Shown here one piece after another: positions 11,583 to 21,822 of a DNA stretch of 58,396 bases. Each line of letters begins with the position of its first letter. The stretch's first letter is position 1. The stretch spans positions 1-58,396 of the forward strand of contig JAVHPT010000078.1 in assembly GCA_036170735.1 (NCBI GenBank), in the 5' to 3' direction. The position numbers were made by a program, and so were the translations under genes. The DNA is from Patescibacteria group bacterium. Lineage in GTDB: Bacteria > Patescibacteriota > Gracilibacteria > BD1-5 > UBA2023. The notes under the pieces were generated by a model that worked only from the letters and a program-made list of their open reading frames with translations, was not told the DNA's origin and searched no databases.

Positions 11583-11613
11583 AAAAAATCCAATCATTTG
11601 ATTGGATTTTTTT
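11583..11613. terminator. Bidirectional terminator after rplL and the convergent DUF177 gene
   Basis: aaaaaatccaatc-attt-gattggattttttt. Confidence 0.8.
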
Positions 11614-11980
11614 AGAGTTCATGACAAGCCATGATAATCTCCTCTCGGATGACGGGAGCAAGGTTGATCGACATATTTTTTCTATCGATCAACTGTATAT
11701 CATCAGCATCCTCAAGAGGATCTATATGGGTTTTCCATGTACGATCAAACCGAGGAATATTGATATCATGATTTTTCCCTTCATAGCGAACTCGTGTTTT
11801 TAGTTCCTCAAAGACAACATCTACCCTGTCATCAAGTCCAATAATCTTTATCGTGAATTCGAGTAAGGTCAGGAAATCTATATCTTCAAAATAGCCATCA
11901 AAAACTTCTCCAGAAAAGGAAAAGTTTTTCGAATCTCAAGAGTAAGTTGCAAGAATATCGGCAACAGGGAGAGTAAACAT
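11612..11980 (-). CDS. YceD/DUF177-family protein
   Basis: 122 aa. The C-terminal region ...DADDIQLIDRKNMSINLAPVIREEIIMACHEL is typical of DUF177. There is one in-frame TGA; stop is TAA 11612-11614. Confidence 0.6.
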
Positions 11981-12020
11981 GAACAAACTAAGATATAACA
12001 ACTAAAAACTAAAAGTTTTG

Positions 12021-12139
12021 TCACTCCGTAGGAGTCCCTTTTTAATCTCACCTTAAGAGATTTTGGTAATTCCTTTCACGATAAGTGAAGAAAAAGCGAT
12101 TCCTTTGCTCCATTCCATTTCGCGACGGAATGACAAAAA
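12021..12139 (-). repeat. Mosaic intergenic repeat, locus F (reverse orientation)
   Basis: tcactccgtaggagtccct...ccttaagagattttggtaattcc...aaaagcgattcctttgctccattccatttcgcgacggaatgacaaaaa contains the hairpin cattcc..ggaatg. Confidence 0.8.
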
Positions 12140-12144
12140 GCAGA

Positions 12145-12690
12145 TTATTTGTCCATACTTTTCATCGCATCGAGAATAGAAGTATTTCCTATCTTCTCAA
12201 AAAGTACGCGTGCCTCATCTTCGGCACCACTTGCCATGAGTGCAATACCAAGGTCATTGATGATCGTTGTATCGTCTGGAGCAAGGGTATATGCTCGTTT
12301 TAGTAGGATGATACCTCGCGGGATCTGTCACTTCATCACATAGGCCCATCCAAGATTTCGGATGATCTCTGCATTATTTGGGATAAGAGTGTTTGCCTTT
12401 CCGAGGATATCTATCGCATTATCAAAATCACCTTTTGCAACGGCAATAAAACCCTCGAGATATATCCCGGTTCCAGAGTCTGGATGAAGGGCACGAGCAT
12501 ATGATATGACTTCTTCGGCCTTTTCGAGATTTTGCTCAAAAAGATAGATATCCGCGAGCTCTTCATAGAGACGATAATCGTCCGTATGCTTGGTGAGTGC
12601 ACTGAGAGCAGTTTCTTTTGCTTCATGATAGCGACTCTCGTGCTTAAGCGACTCGATGGTTTCGATGATGGTTTCGATTGGGAATTTCAT
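12145..12690 (-). CDS. TPR-repeat protein
   Basis: It has tandem TPR-like helices (YHEAKETALSAL, YRLYEELADIYLFEQNLEKAEEVISYARAL, GIYLEGFIAVAKGDFDNAIDILGKA). It reads through one TGA to ...DAMKSMDK; stop is TAA 12145-12147. I prefer the ATG at 12690. Confidence 0.7.
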
Positions 12691-12857
12691 ATCTATGAAG
12701 TATAGAGAATTTGAACTGAAAATCAAAGGGAAAGATAAATTGAAAGTACCCTATTGATGACATGGTGCACAGAGAGTTGATTCTTCATGATTATAGGATA
12801 TTCTTCACAAGAATATTTCTTAAGATGATTTTATCAATATATATAAAAAAAATATGA

Positions 12858-13946
12858 CTACTCGTGAGATCTTCTTAGACTCTTTCCTGTTTCCTCTGCA
12901 ATGGATTTTCCTTCTTCCTTGAGTGCGAGTTGCCCACAGGCAGCATCGATATCATCACCCATCGTATGACGGATAGTTGATGGGATTCCTGCCTGTTCAA
13001 GCGTGTTCTGAAACTTCTTCATCATAATCTTGCTCGTTGGTTTATAGCCATCACTGCTCGTGCCTTCTCAGGCATTATATGGAATGAAGTTTACGTGAGC
13101 AAGTTTTCATTTCAGGAGTTTTGCCAGTTCATGAGCGTATTCAACTCGGTCTGTGACCCCGTTGATCATGATATATTCATAGAAAATCCGTTTATTGGTC
13201 TTCTCAACGTATCTATCAAGCGCGGCCATAAGTGCATCAAGAGGATAAGTTTGTTCGACAGGCATAATCTCTCGTCTCGATTCATCCGTTGGAGCATGGA
13301 GAGAGATAGCAAGTGAAACCTGAGGAAAATCATCTCCAAATCGATCAATTCCTGGAACAATTCCACAGGTTGAGACAGTTATTCTCCGATTGGAGAGATC
13401 GAGTTTTTTCTGGGAACAGGCGATTTCTATCGATCGTTTCACATTTTCATAGTTGAGAAATGGTTCACCCATACCCATATAGACAACATTTCTGAGTTTC
13501 TTTTCCTCTTTTGCAAGCGTATGAATTGCCCACATGATCTGGTCGATGATCTCATAGAATTCGAGATTCCGGATGAGTCAAAGTTTTCCTGTAGCACAAA
13601 AAGAGCAAGCCATCGGACAACCAGCTTGGGAACTCACACAGAGTGTATTCCTTCCCGAGAGATGTCGCATGATAACCGCCTCAATCATCTTTCCATCATG
13701 AGTTTTGAAGAGACACTTTGTCGTCTGTCCATCTTCTCCTGTTGTTCCAGAGTGAACAGATAGGGAAGTATAAAAACAATGCTCTTTGAGGAGCTCTCGG
13801 ATCTCTTTCGGGAGCGTCTCAATACTATCAAAATCAGTTATAAGATTTTTATAGATGGCATTTTCTACTTGAGTATAACGGAACTTTTTATATCCATTTT
13901 GCTCGAGAAGTTCTATGATTTGCTTTTCGTCGTGGATGGAGAACAT
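12858..13946 (-). CDS. rlmN: 23S rRNA/tRNA A2503 methyltransferase (radical SAM)
   Basis: Motifs: [22 protein letters not shown] (CxxxCxxC), YMGMGEPFLNY, TVSTCG, and C-terminal DIDAACGQL. 362 aa; stop is TAG 12858-12860. Confidence 0.93.
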
Positions 13947-14273
13947 AGAGAGAATAAAAATTATACGGTTTATGGAGTGTGCCTTTTTGCCTTATTGTTG
14001 ATAACGAGGCGGATTTGTATTGCTTTATCTTTGGGAATATTTCTGGTTTCTTGTGAGAGACTTGAGTCACAAGAGCAATGGCCCATCACAGAATCTTTGT
14101 TACTAATGATCCAATTATCTCAGGAATGAGTGAGTCAGAGAGTTCTCAAAAAACGGGAGTTCCGAAGATTTTAGATGATAGTGGATGTTTACTCATTCGA
14201 TGAGTCTGTTTATCTCAGAATGAATTCACTTGATAACTTGTACTTTCTCAACAGCACATCCTCACTTGATGAG

Positions 14274-14301
14274 AAAAAACGAGACATGTTGAATGTCTCG
14301 T
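14274..14301 (-). terminator. Rho-independent terminator after the greA-DUF212 unit
   Basis: The minus strand reads acgagacat-tcaac-atgtctcgt-tttttt, about 50 nt after the DUF212 stop. Confidence 0.75.
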
Positions 14302-14351
14302 GTATACTACCAATCGTGAAGAGCCTGAGAATCAAATGTAATCATAGAACT

Positions 14352-14780
14352 TTATATCCCAAGCAAGATGGCAGCAGTAGAGAATCCAATAATCCCACCA
14401 ACAAGAGCTTCTATAGGTGTATGCCCCATTGATTCATTGAATGCTTCTCCTTCTACTGGATTGAGCTTATTGAGTGCTCGGGCATGAAGTCATGATTGGT
14501 ACCGCACATTCATAGCGTCGTAGATGATGACAATCGAAAACACGAGACAGATAGTAAACTCATCACTCCAAACAGTATACTTGATACCCATAGCCGTTGC
14601 AAGTGCAACAACGAAGGTTGAATGAGCTGATGGCATCCCACCACTTCCGAGCATGCTCGCAAGAGTAAATCTTCCTTTTGCCGCATGTACAATACCTTTT
14701 ATGATGATGGCAAAAATCAGTGCCGATGAAGGTACGCCGATTGTATACTCCCTAAAGAATGCATGAAGAGACTCAAACAT
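14352..14780 (-). CDS. Divergent PAP2/DUF212-family membrane protein
   Basis: GSGGMPSAHSTFVVALATAMG...IIYDAMNVRYQS-G-LHARALN...GHTPIEALVGGIIG; 142 aa; stop is TAA 14352-14354. Confidence 0.65.
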
Positions 14781-14786
14781 GGTGAA

Positions 14787-15275
14787 TTATTTTACGTCGA
14801 TAATAGTGTATTCCTTCTTGCCAGATGGAGCAGTCATCATTGCTGTATCTCCAGGATTCTTTCCAATGAGAGCTTTTCCGAGAGGGGACTCATTACTGAT
14901 TTTATTATCAAGGATGTTCGCCTCCTGCGAACCAACGATAATATAGGTGAGTTTCTCTTTTGTTCCAACTTCGGCGATAGTTACTGTTGATCCAACATTC
15001 AATCCAGTGTTCTTTCTTTTTCCACTTTTCTCATCTTCAATAAGAGTATAATTCCCTGGCTTGAGTAGGTCTTCAAGTTCAGCAATACGAAGCTCAACTT
15101 GAGCCTGTTCATCTCGAGCCTCTTGGTATTCTGCATTTTCAGAAAGATCCCCATAGGAAATAGCTTCCTTGAGCTTACTTGCGATATCAACACGTTTTTC
15201 TTCTCTGAGGAAACGAAGTTCTTCTTGAAGTTCAGAGAGTCATGCTTGAGTTAGGAGTACTTTTTTATCAGACAT
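14787..15275 (-). CDS. greA: Transcription elongation factor GreA
   Basis: [68 protein letters not shown]...ISNESPLGKALIGKNPGD; 162 aa. Confidence 0.93.
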
Positions 15276-15316
15276 AATAAATAAAGATTAGATGAGTAAG
15301 GAATTAGAGATAAGGA

Positions 15317-16003
15317 TTATTTCTTCAACAGAAGAGCTTGGAATGCTTTGAATTTTGTCTTTGGTAGCTGGATTGCTATCGCTTGCGACTCTATCTCCAT
15401 CACGATACGAACGAGCGTATCAGGCTTTGGAGGGTTGAGATAGAACGAGCGAAAAGGGAAAATCTTTGTTTCATTGATGGAGTACACATCTTTACCGAGA
15501 GCCTTACTATTGGCAAGAAATACATTGTATGACATCGAACTCACAATGAGTGTGGCTCACATCTTTGGATCTGTGTATGTCGAATAGGTAGTCCCCACAT
15601 CGAATATATGAAGATCAAAAATACCATTGTTGTCCGTGAGAGTAAACTCCATCGTCGGCATCACTTTTGCGAGGAACTTCCCTGAGATAGGAAGTGTTGT
15701 GGTTGTTTGTGAACTATTTGCTGTTTGTTCACCACTCAGTGTCGGGGAAGTAGTTACTCGACCGGTCGTTACACTCCTTCATTGACTCAGTGCTTCTATC
15801 TGTTTTGAGAGATCATCGATCTTTGCGTCAGTTTTGATCTGGTACTTCAGAGTTTCGATAGCTACAGAAGTATCGGTTTCTGGAGCAGTGGAAGTGGTTG
15901 CCTTACTTATTCAAAAAAGTCCCTGCTTTCCACTCATCGAGTAAATAATACTTCCGATAAAGGCAAGTGCTGCAAGCGCGAGAGTAATGAGAGCTATGCG
16001 CAT
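15317..16003 (-). CDS. Hypothetical secreted/membrane-anchored protein
   Basis: It has the N-terminal hydrophobic segment MRIALITLALAALAFIGSIIY and a T/S-rich linker. 228 aa with 3 in-frame TGA. I recognised no motif. Confidence 0.6.
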
Positions 16004-16044
16004 AGGTTATAAAATGAACATCTCAGAAATAGAAAATCCAGAAT

Positions 16045-16596
16045 TTATTTCTTTCTTCCAACACTCGCAAATTCGATCTCAACTGGTGTATCACGACCAA
16101 GGAGATTGATCATGAGTTTTACCATTCATTTTTGGATATTTACTTCCACAATCTTTCCTTCACTTCCTTCAAATGGACCACTGTTCACGGTTGCATAATC
16201 TCCAACTTGCATATCAGTTTTGTATTCTTCGCTCTTTTCTGTGAGTATTCCCTTGAGTTTCTCGAGTTCTTCGCCACTTACAGGAACAGGAACTGTTCCA
16301 GCACCGAGGAATCCTGTAACGTTTGGAGTATTGCGAACGATATACCAACTCTCATTGGTAACGATCATACGAACGAGGATATATCCTGGGAAGATATTTT
16401 TTTTTCTCTTTACTTTTACTCCTTTAGCTCGTACAGAGATACTATCATGAGTTGGAACAAAGACGTCGAGAATGTGGTTTTCGAGTCAAAACGCTTCACG
16501 ACGTTGCATGAGTGATTCTCGGACATTTTGTTCCGTTCCAGAGATAACACGGATAACATACCATTCTCATTCTGTTTTTGTAGAAAAATCAAACAT
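16045..16596 (-). CDS. nusG: Transcription termination/antitermination factor NusG
   Basis: NGN domain E-G-EWYVIRVISGTEQNV...FPGYILVRM; KOW domain VGDYATVNSGPFEGSEGKIVEV; 183 aa. Confidence 0.93.
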
Positions 16597-16650
16597 GATT
16601 CGAAAAGAGAGATTAGGGATTAGGATTCTATTGGGGGGGGGGTGAACTAC

Positions 16651-17031
16651 TTACTTTGCGACTCCAGTTCCGATAGTTACAGTGTTTGAACTTCCTGTAG
16701 CGATGATTATATTTGCAGCTGATTTGGTTGATCCAGAAGAGACAGATCCAGAAGTAGACTTCTTTTTCTTATCAATGGCATTAAGGAGTCCACTGAGGTC
16801 TTCTTGAGTTGCAGCATTTTCACCACTTACTGTTGTTGGTATGGCTTCATGAGGAAACTGATCACGGATAAAGGAGAGGCTCGCATAGATCCCGTATCCC
16901 AAGATAGCGAGAAATAATGCAATGACGATGATAACTCCAACAGTATATACCATGTATTTTTTGGTTTCGTTCGGAGTTGGCCACACTACATGCTCGAGTT
17001 CTGTAAGGGCTGTCTGGATAAATTTAAACAT
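16651..17031 (-). CDS. secE: Preprotein translocase subunit SecE with a C-terminal extension
   Basis: MFKFIQTALTELEHVVWPTPNETKKYMVYTVGVIIVIALFLAILGY is a SecE-like TM segment in the canonical position upstream of nusG. An extra ~65-aa S/T/G-rich tail follows. Confidence 0.8.
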   Translation of the reverse strand: MFKFIQTALTELEHVVWPTPNETKKYMVYTVGVIIVIALFLAILGYGIYASLSFIRDQFPHEAIPTTVSGENAATQEDLSGLLNAIDKKKKSTSGSVSSGSTKSAANIIIATGSSNTVTIGTGVAK

Positions 17032-17105
17032 ACGAAATAGTTAGGAAGTTCTAAAGTCTCAAATCTTTGAAACAAAAGTTTTGACACATTGCTTTTACGT
17101 GGGGA

Positions 17106-17133
17106 ATTATATAGAAAAGTGTTCTCGAGTCAA
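17106..17133 (-). promoter_or_regulatory. Sigma70-type promoter for secE-nusG
   Basis: The minus strand reads TTGACT-16 nt-TATAAT, about 75 nt upstream of the secE ATG. Confidence 0.6.
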
Positions 17134-17136
17134 AGC

Positions 17137-17162
17137 ATTTTAAAATCCGCTCGGGAGCGGAT
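17137..17162 (-). terminator. Terminator after the NlpC/P60-like gene
   Basis: The minus strand reads atccgct-cccg-agcggat-tttaaaa, about 55 nt after the stop at 17219. Confidence 0.6.
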
Positions 17163-17218
17163 ATGTTGTCAGGGATTATAGTGATAATTTGAGGAAGTCA
17201 AGCTTCTTGTTCTAGATT

Positions 17219-17725
17219 CTAGAAAATCTCTGTGACTCGCTGAATTGCTTTTCCTCGAGGATCAGTAAGTCTGGAAAGTGTTTTGCAGGTAGCGATACCC
17301 CCTTTTCAGATATAGGTATCTATATTTTCCACTTTTCATCCACTTCATGATGAATGAAAAAAAGAATCCTCATCCACCAAGATACCAACATGAGCAATCA
17401 TATATGCTCGATGCGCTACGGACTTTCTGTAAAAGAATATAAGATCCCCCATCTCTCCTTGTTCAAGTGGAATAAGCTGAGCGTCAATGGCTGGATTATC
17501 AAGAATCTTTCGGCACATATCTCACACATAATAATGATGAGGTAGCCATCATGTTGACTTTCCTAAGATATACCGAACGGCACTTACACAATGAGTAACT
17601 CATGGAGCATCAGAGTCTTTGGCGGAGATGATATACTTTGTATCTTTCAATTCATCAATACTTTTTACAAACTCTTCTTCACAAAAAGATGGGTACCGAA
17701 TACGGAGAAGTCAGAAGGTTTCCAT
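17219..17725 (-). CDS. NlpC/P60-like (papain-fold) cell-wall hydrolase, tentative
   Basis: 168 aa. Candidate catalytic Cys is in P-G-VTHCVSAVRYIL and His in AHRAYMIAHVGILVDEDSFFHSS. There are 8 in-frame TGA. Confidence 0.55.
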
Positions 17726-17745
17726 AGGAGAAAATATTACACAAT

Positions 17746-17886
17746 AAAAAAACACCCGAAAAACGGGTGCTTGAAATATTCAAAAACAACCCGTTATACG
17801 AGCATAAATCGGATGAAACTTGACCAAGTGATGAGGTGATTTGAGATTAGCATGGAGGGATTATAAGGAAAAGTTGAAAATTGCAA
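17746..17886 (-). promoter_or_regulatory. Candidate promoter, 19-codon leader ORF and terminator/antiterminator upstream of the NlpC/P60-like gene
   Basis: The minus strand reads TTGCAA-15 nt-TATAAT-ccctcc-ATG CTA ATC ... GTA TAA (leader ORF 17794-17853). AACGGGT (17789-17795, overlapping the TAA) can pair with ACCCGTT (17762-17768). That segment overlaps the terminator stem CACCCG/CGGGUG plus its U7 run (17746-17770), which ends 20 nt before the gene ATG. Confidence 0.45.
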
Positions 17887-17945
17887 TAGGTTTGTAGTGG
17901 CGCCAGTGAGAATGAGGGAGGGGTTTAGTATTGGACATAAGTTTG

Positions 17946-18668
17946 TTAAATTAAGCAATACTTCTGGTGTAGTCTTTGTAGTTGTTTATAAAAAGAATTT
18001 TTTAGTTTTTCATAGATATCTTCAGAGAGTTGTGATTTGATAAAGATCGCTCGAAATAATTTCATTCATTCTTCTGAATGGTACTGACTATAAAGAATGT
18101 ATACCAACTTAGAAAATTCTGTTCTTACATCCTTTCTTAATAATTCATAGTTTTCATATGGGGGATTTTCTTCATGCTCAAAGAACTTATCTAAGCGTTT
18201 TGTATCCAATAAGAAATCGTAAAAATAGAATTTATCACCGTCGGTATTTTTTGCTGCATTTTGTGCCATCTCCGCATGATCCCCATCTCAAAAAGCAAGA
18301 AGAAGGAATTCTCAGGCTAAATATTGTCCCTGAGAATACGTTTCTTGAATTTTATCTGGATCAAATTCTACAGAAAAATATTCTTCTCTCGTTTCCATTC
18401 TCCTATTTCGATATTTTTTTCCTGACTTCTTGAAATCTCAGAGCCAAGCGCGTCCTCTGACGATGTTGGTGGTAGGAATAATTCCACGAAAGAATAAGGA
18501 TATGAACATATCTGCCGGTCACTTACCTCCCTGAAGGTGTACTAATCTTCAAATTTTATCAGGGTCAAAGAAAACCGAATTATTCTTTCAAGCTGCTCAG
18601 AGAATATCTGCCACCGTTTTACCGGTAGAAGTCAAAATAAGTCAGTCGAGAGAATCTACTCGGTTCAT
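17946..18668 (-). CDS. Hypothetical protein (240 aa) with an internal FDPDKI duplication
   Basis: Extending track ORF 18066-18269 through 9 TGA codons gives one ORF with no TAA/TAG (checked). The sequence is MNRVDSLD-G-LILTSTGKTVADIL...SVFFDPDKI-G-RLV...FSVEFDPDKIQETY.... Confidence 0.6.
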
Positions 18669-18741
18669 TCCAGTCGGATCACTTTCTCTAAATGCTTATT
18701 CAGCTTTCTTCATAAACTATCGGGATAATTGTTCCTATAAA

Positions 18742-20547
18742 TTATTTCACCAGTATTGCCTTGATTCTCCTCACTCCTGCAGAGCTCGATTCTTCTTTTA
18801 TGATCTTGAACCTTCCCATTTCCTTCGAGTTTTCAACATGAGGACCACCACAGAGTTCCCGAGAATACAAGACTCAATCCCCCCCAACCATAGAGTAAAC
18901 TTTCACTATGTCTGGATACTTTTCCCAGAAGGTTCACACAACTCATGAGTTCTTCGCCTCATTTTTATCCATGTTTGTTAGAGTGACCACAAGCCCGGAA
19001 TTAATCGCTTCATTCACATAGTTCTCAACTGCCCGAATCTGTTCAGGAGTCATCTTCTCGGGATGGGTAAAGTCGAAGCGAAGACGTTCTGCGGTGATAT
19101 TGGATCCTGCTTGATGAACGTGATCACCGAGAACTTTCCTGAGTCCAGCGAGCATGAGGTGGCAAGCAGAGTGGAGTGCAGTTGTATCACCTGAATCATC
19201 TGCAAGTCCTCACTTGAACTTCCCAGCAGAAGCAGTGCGAGAGAGGTCTTGATGTTTCTGGAAGGCATCATCGAATCCCACCACATCAACTGTAAGTCCT
19301 TGTTCTTCTGCAAGTTCAAGCGTCATCTCGAGTGGGAACCCATAGGTATCAAAAAGGGTAAACGCTTTTCCTCCAGAAATCTGAGTTATTTTCTGTCCAC
19401 TTCGTTCGAAAGCGATTTTGAACCCATTTATGATCTTCTCAAATTCTTTTACACCATCTTTGAGGGTCTTTCCAAATCTTTCTTCTTCGCTTGAGAGTTC
19501 CATCCTGATTTTCTCCGCATTATTTTTTACACTGTTGTAAATCCCTGAAAATTGCTCGATGTAGATGTTGGCAATCTCTGTCGTAAATGGTTGTTCGTAC
19601 CCCATCTTGTATGCCTCACGGATAGCACGGCGGATAAGACGACGGAGGATATATCCCTGATCGACATTCTTCGGAACTACTCCATCAGCGATCATATGAG
19701 TTGCCGCACGAAGGTGATCTGCGATGATGCGGGCTCCGCGTTCATTGTAGTTGGCTTCTCCAACTATCTCATGGATTCGAACAAGTACAGGAGCAAATAG
19801 ATCTGTCTCATACACACTCTTCATGTGATTGAGAGTCACCGTACATCGCTCGAGTCAGAGTCCAGTATCGACACACTGTGCAGGGAGATTGACGAGAGTA
19901 TTCGCATCGACACGATTGTACTGCATGAAGACATTATTCCAGATCTCCATCCACATCTTTGAATCTGTTTTTTTATTGGATCCGCGAGGAGGTTTTCCTT
20001 CGCCCATCCAGTAAAATATCTCTGTATCAGGTCAGCAAGGGCCAGTTGGTCCTGCTGCCCACCAATTATCTTCAGCAGGAAGGTAAGCGATATGATCTTT
20101 GGGCATGCCAACCGACTTCCAGATACCTGCAGATTCATCGTCGCGAGGAGCATTGGCATCTCACTCAAATACCGTCACAGAGATCATCTCTGGATCGAGA
20201 GCTAGCCATTCTTTTGAAGTGAGAAATTCCCAACTCATGGCAATTGATTCGTCCTTGAAGTAGTCGCCGAGCGACCAGTTCCCGAGCATCTCGAAAAAGG
20301 TACAATGCGTATCATCACCAATATCATCGATATCACCAGTTCGTACACACTTCTGAACGTCGGCAAGACGAGTTCCAAGTGGGTGTTTTTCTCCGAGGAG
20401 ATAGGGAACGAGCGGTTGCATTCCGGCCGTATTAAGAAGTACGGACGGATCATTTTCTGGCACGAGCGGTGCAGAAGGGATGATGGCGTGATTTTTACTC
20501 TTGAAGAATTCGAGGTATTTCTGGCGGATTTCGCTGGCGAGGATCAT
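18742..20547 (-). CDS. alaS: Alanine--tRNA ligase, short form ending after the editing domain
   Basis: [46 protein letters not shown]...[16 protein letters not shown]...[10 protein letters not shown]...[38 protein letters not shown]; 601 aa; the frame was checked. Confidence 0.95.
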
Positions 20548-20622
20548 AGCGTGTAGTATTATAGAATTTGCCAAGTATATAAAAAATCCCCCCTTTCGCA
20601 AGGAAGAATTTCGGAATTGTGC

Positions 20623-21822
20623 TTATAATATGCCCCTTTTTCGTTCTCTCTGATCAAGAAAAAGAAGTACGAGAGCAAGAACTATAAATATTCCGAGGAC
20701 TATGCCAAGCATCTCACGGGGAGAGGTTGTTACAAAAGGGAAGATGAGTCACCTCTCAGATAAGAATCCTTGCAGATATGGAGTGGATATATTCATACCG
20801 AGAGCGGTTATGATCCACCCGAGAATCGTTCCGATAACCATAAGAAGAATCGGTTCTCAGAGCGTAAGAAGACGAGATCTCAATGTAAATATACCAAAAG
20901 TTCCAATCATACGATAGATGGATCGTGATTCACGAAATATCCCACCCAGGAGAAAGAGGATTATCACAGAGATGATTCCTCATACTATCGTGAATATTAC
21001 CAGGAATGAAAGTTTCAGTGTATCCAGTTCTTCTTGAAGTTCATTGATTTTATCGCTATCAAAACTCAAGGTAAGATTATGATATTTTTCCTTAAGAATC
21101 TCTTTTTCTCACGGATTTTGCATATATGCAGTAATCTTGTATGGATTCCCGAGTGATTGTCAGATCTCATCTAATCGACTTTTTAGAGTATCCTCTCGTA
21201 GTACAAGTCAGAATCATGGATAGTCAGGGTGTATCGAAGCGATTCGTGCATTTATTGGAGTGGCAGGATTTGTTGTTACATTGAAGAGTTTTGATTCCCC
21301 AACAGTGACGACAACTGGCTGTCCGATAAGGAACTTTTCACTTATCTCAGGGAATTCTACAGCACTTCCAGCGAATTGAGCGTTGTAGTAGTCGAGCATA
21401 TTTCTGGATATCCCTATTTCATTTTCCCCTAGAGTTCCTCAGGAAAGAGCAAATACTGGTATATCAGTCTCAAGGCCAAAAGAAAACAAGGAAAACTTTG
21501 CGAGAACAGGATATTTGATAAGAGTAAATATCTCAATATTCTTGAGACTTGTATCTCATAACAAAGTATCAAGGTCACTTTTTCATATTCCTCATGCATC
21601 TTCGGAGAAGAGAGTAAGGAGATTACTATCCGCGGTTATCTCTACTCTGGTAGGGTCGACGATGGAAGAGAAACTATAATAGGTAACGGCGGAGCTGATA
21701 TTTTTATATACGAAGGAAAGTCCCACAGATAATACTATTAGGAGTATGATCGTGAATATAAAACCGAGGCTTTTACCGATGTGTGTTCTCGCATTAGCGA
21801 AGAGAAATGTGATGATCTTCAT
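20623..21822 (-). CDS. ABC transporter permease, FtsX/MacB-like
   Basis: It has an N-terminal TM segment (KSLGFIFTIILLIVLSVGLSFV), a large central extracytoplasmic region and C-terminal TM helices. 399 aa; the frame was checked. It overlaps the ATPase gene by 29 nt. Confidence 0.7.

Noticed and set aside
13888-14259. This is a 123-codon minus-strand table-25 ORF that overlaps the rlmN start.
   Set aside because: The same frame stays open far upstream through the DUF212 gene, which shows that long open frames arise by chance here. The translation is basic with odd composition and overlaps rlmN out of frame. I do not call it.
17771-17945. I considered a c-di-AMP (ydaO-type) riboswitch upstream of the NlpC/P60-like gene, because that gene class is a typical ydaO target and the sequences AUCCGA...GCUCGUAUAA and GCUUAAUU look superficially similar.
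   Set aside because: The transcribed (minus) strand is pyrimidine-rich and lacks the paired G-rich ACGGGG/GGGGA cores and the pseudo-twofold symmetry of ydaO. The leader-peptide attenuator model fits the sequence better.
18399-18741. This is an apparently non-coding 340-bp region downstream of alaS with long-range helices and motifs reminiscent of RNase P RNA (GAGAAAGUGAUCC, GGUAAGUGA, GGCAGAU).
   Set aside because: With TGA=Gly the region is an uninterrupted in-frame 5' extension of the downstream gene (ATG at 18668, six TGA, no TAA/TAG over 90 codons). It contains an FDPDKI motif that is repeated later in the same protein. The universal GAGGAAAGUCC box is not actually present. I call it CDS 17946-18668.
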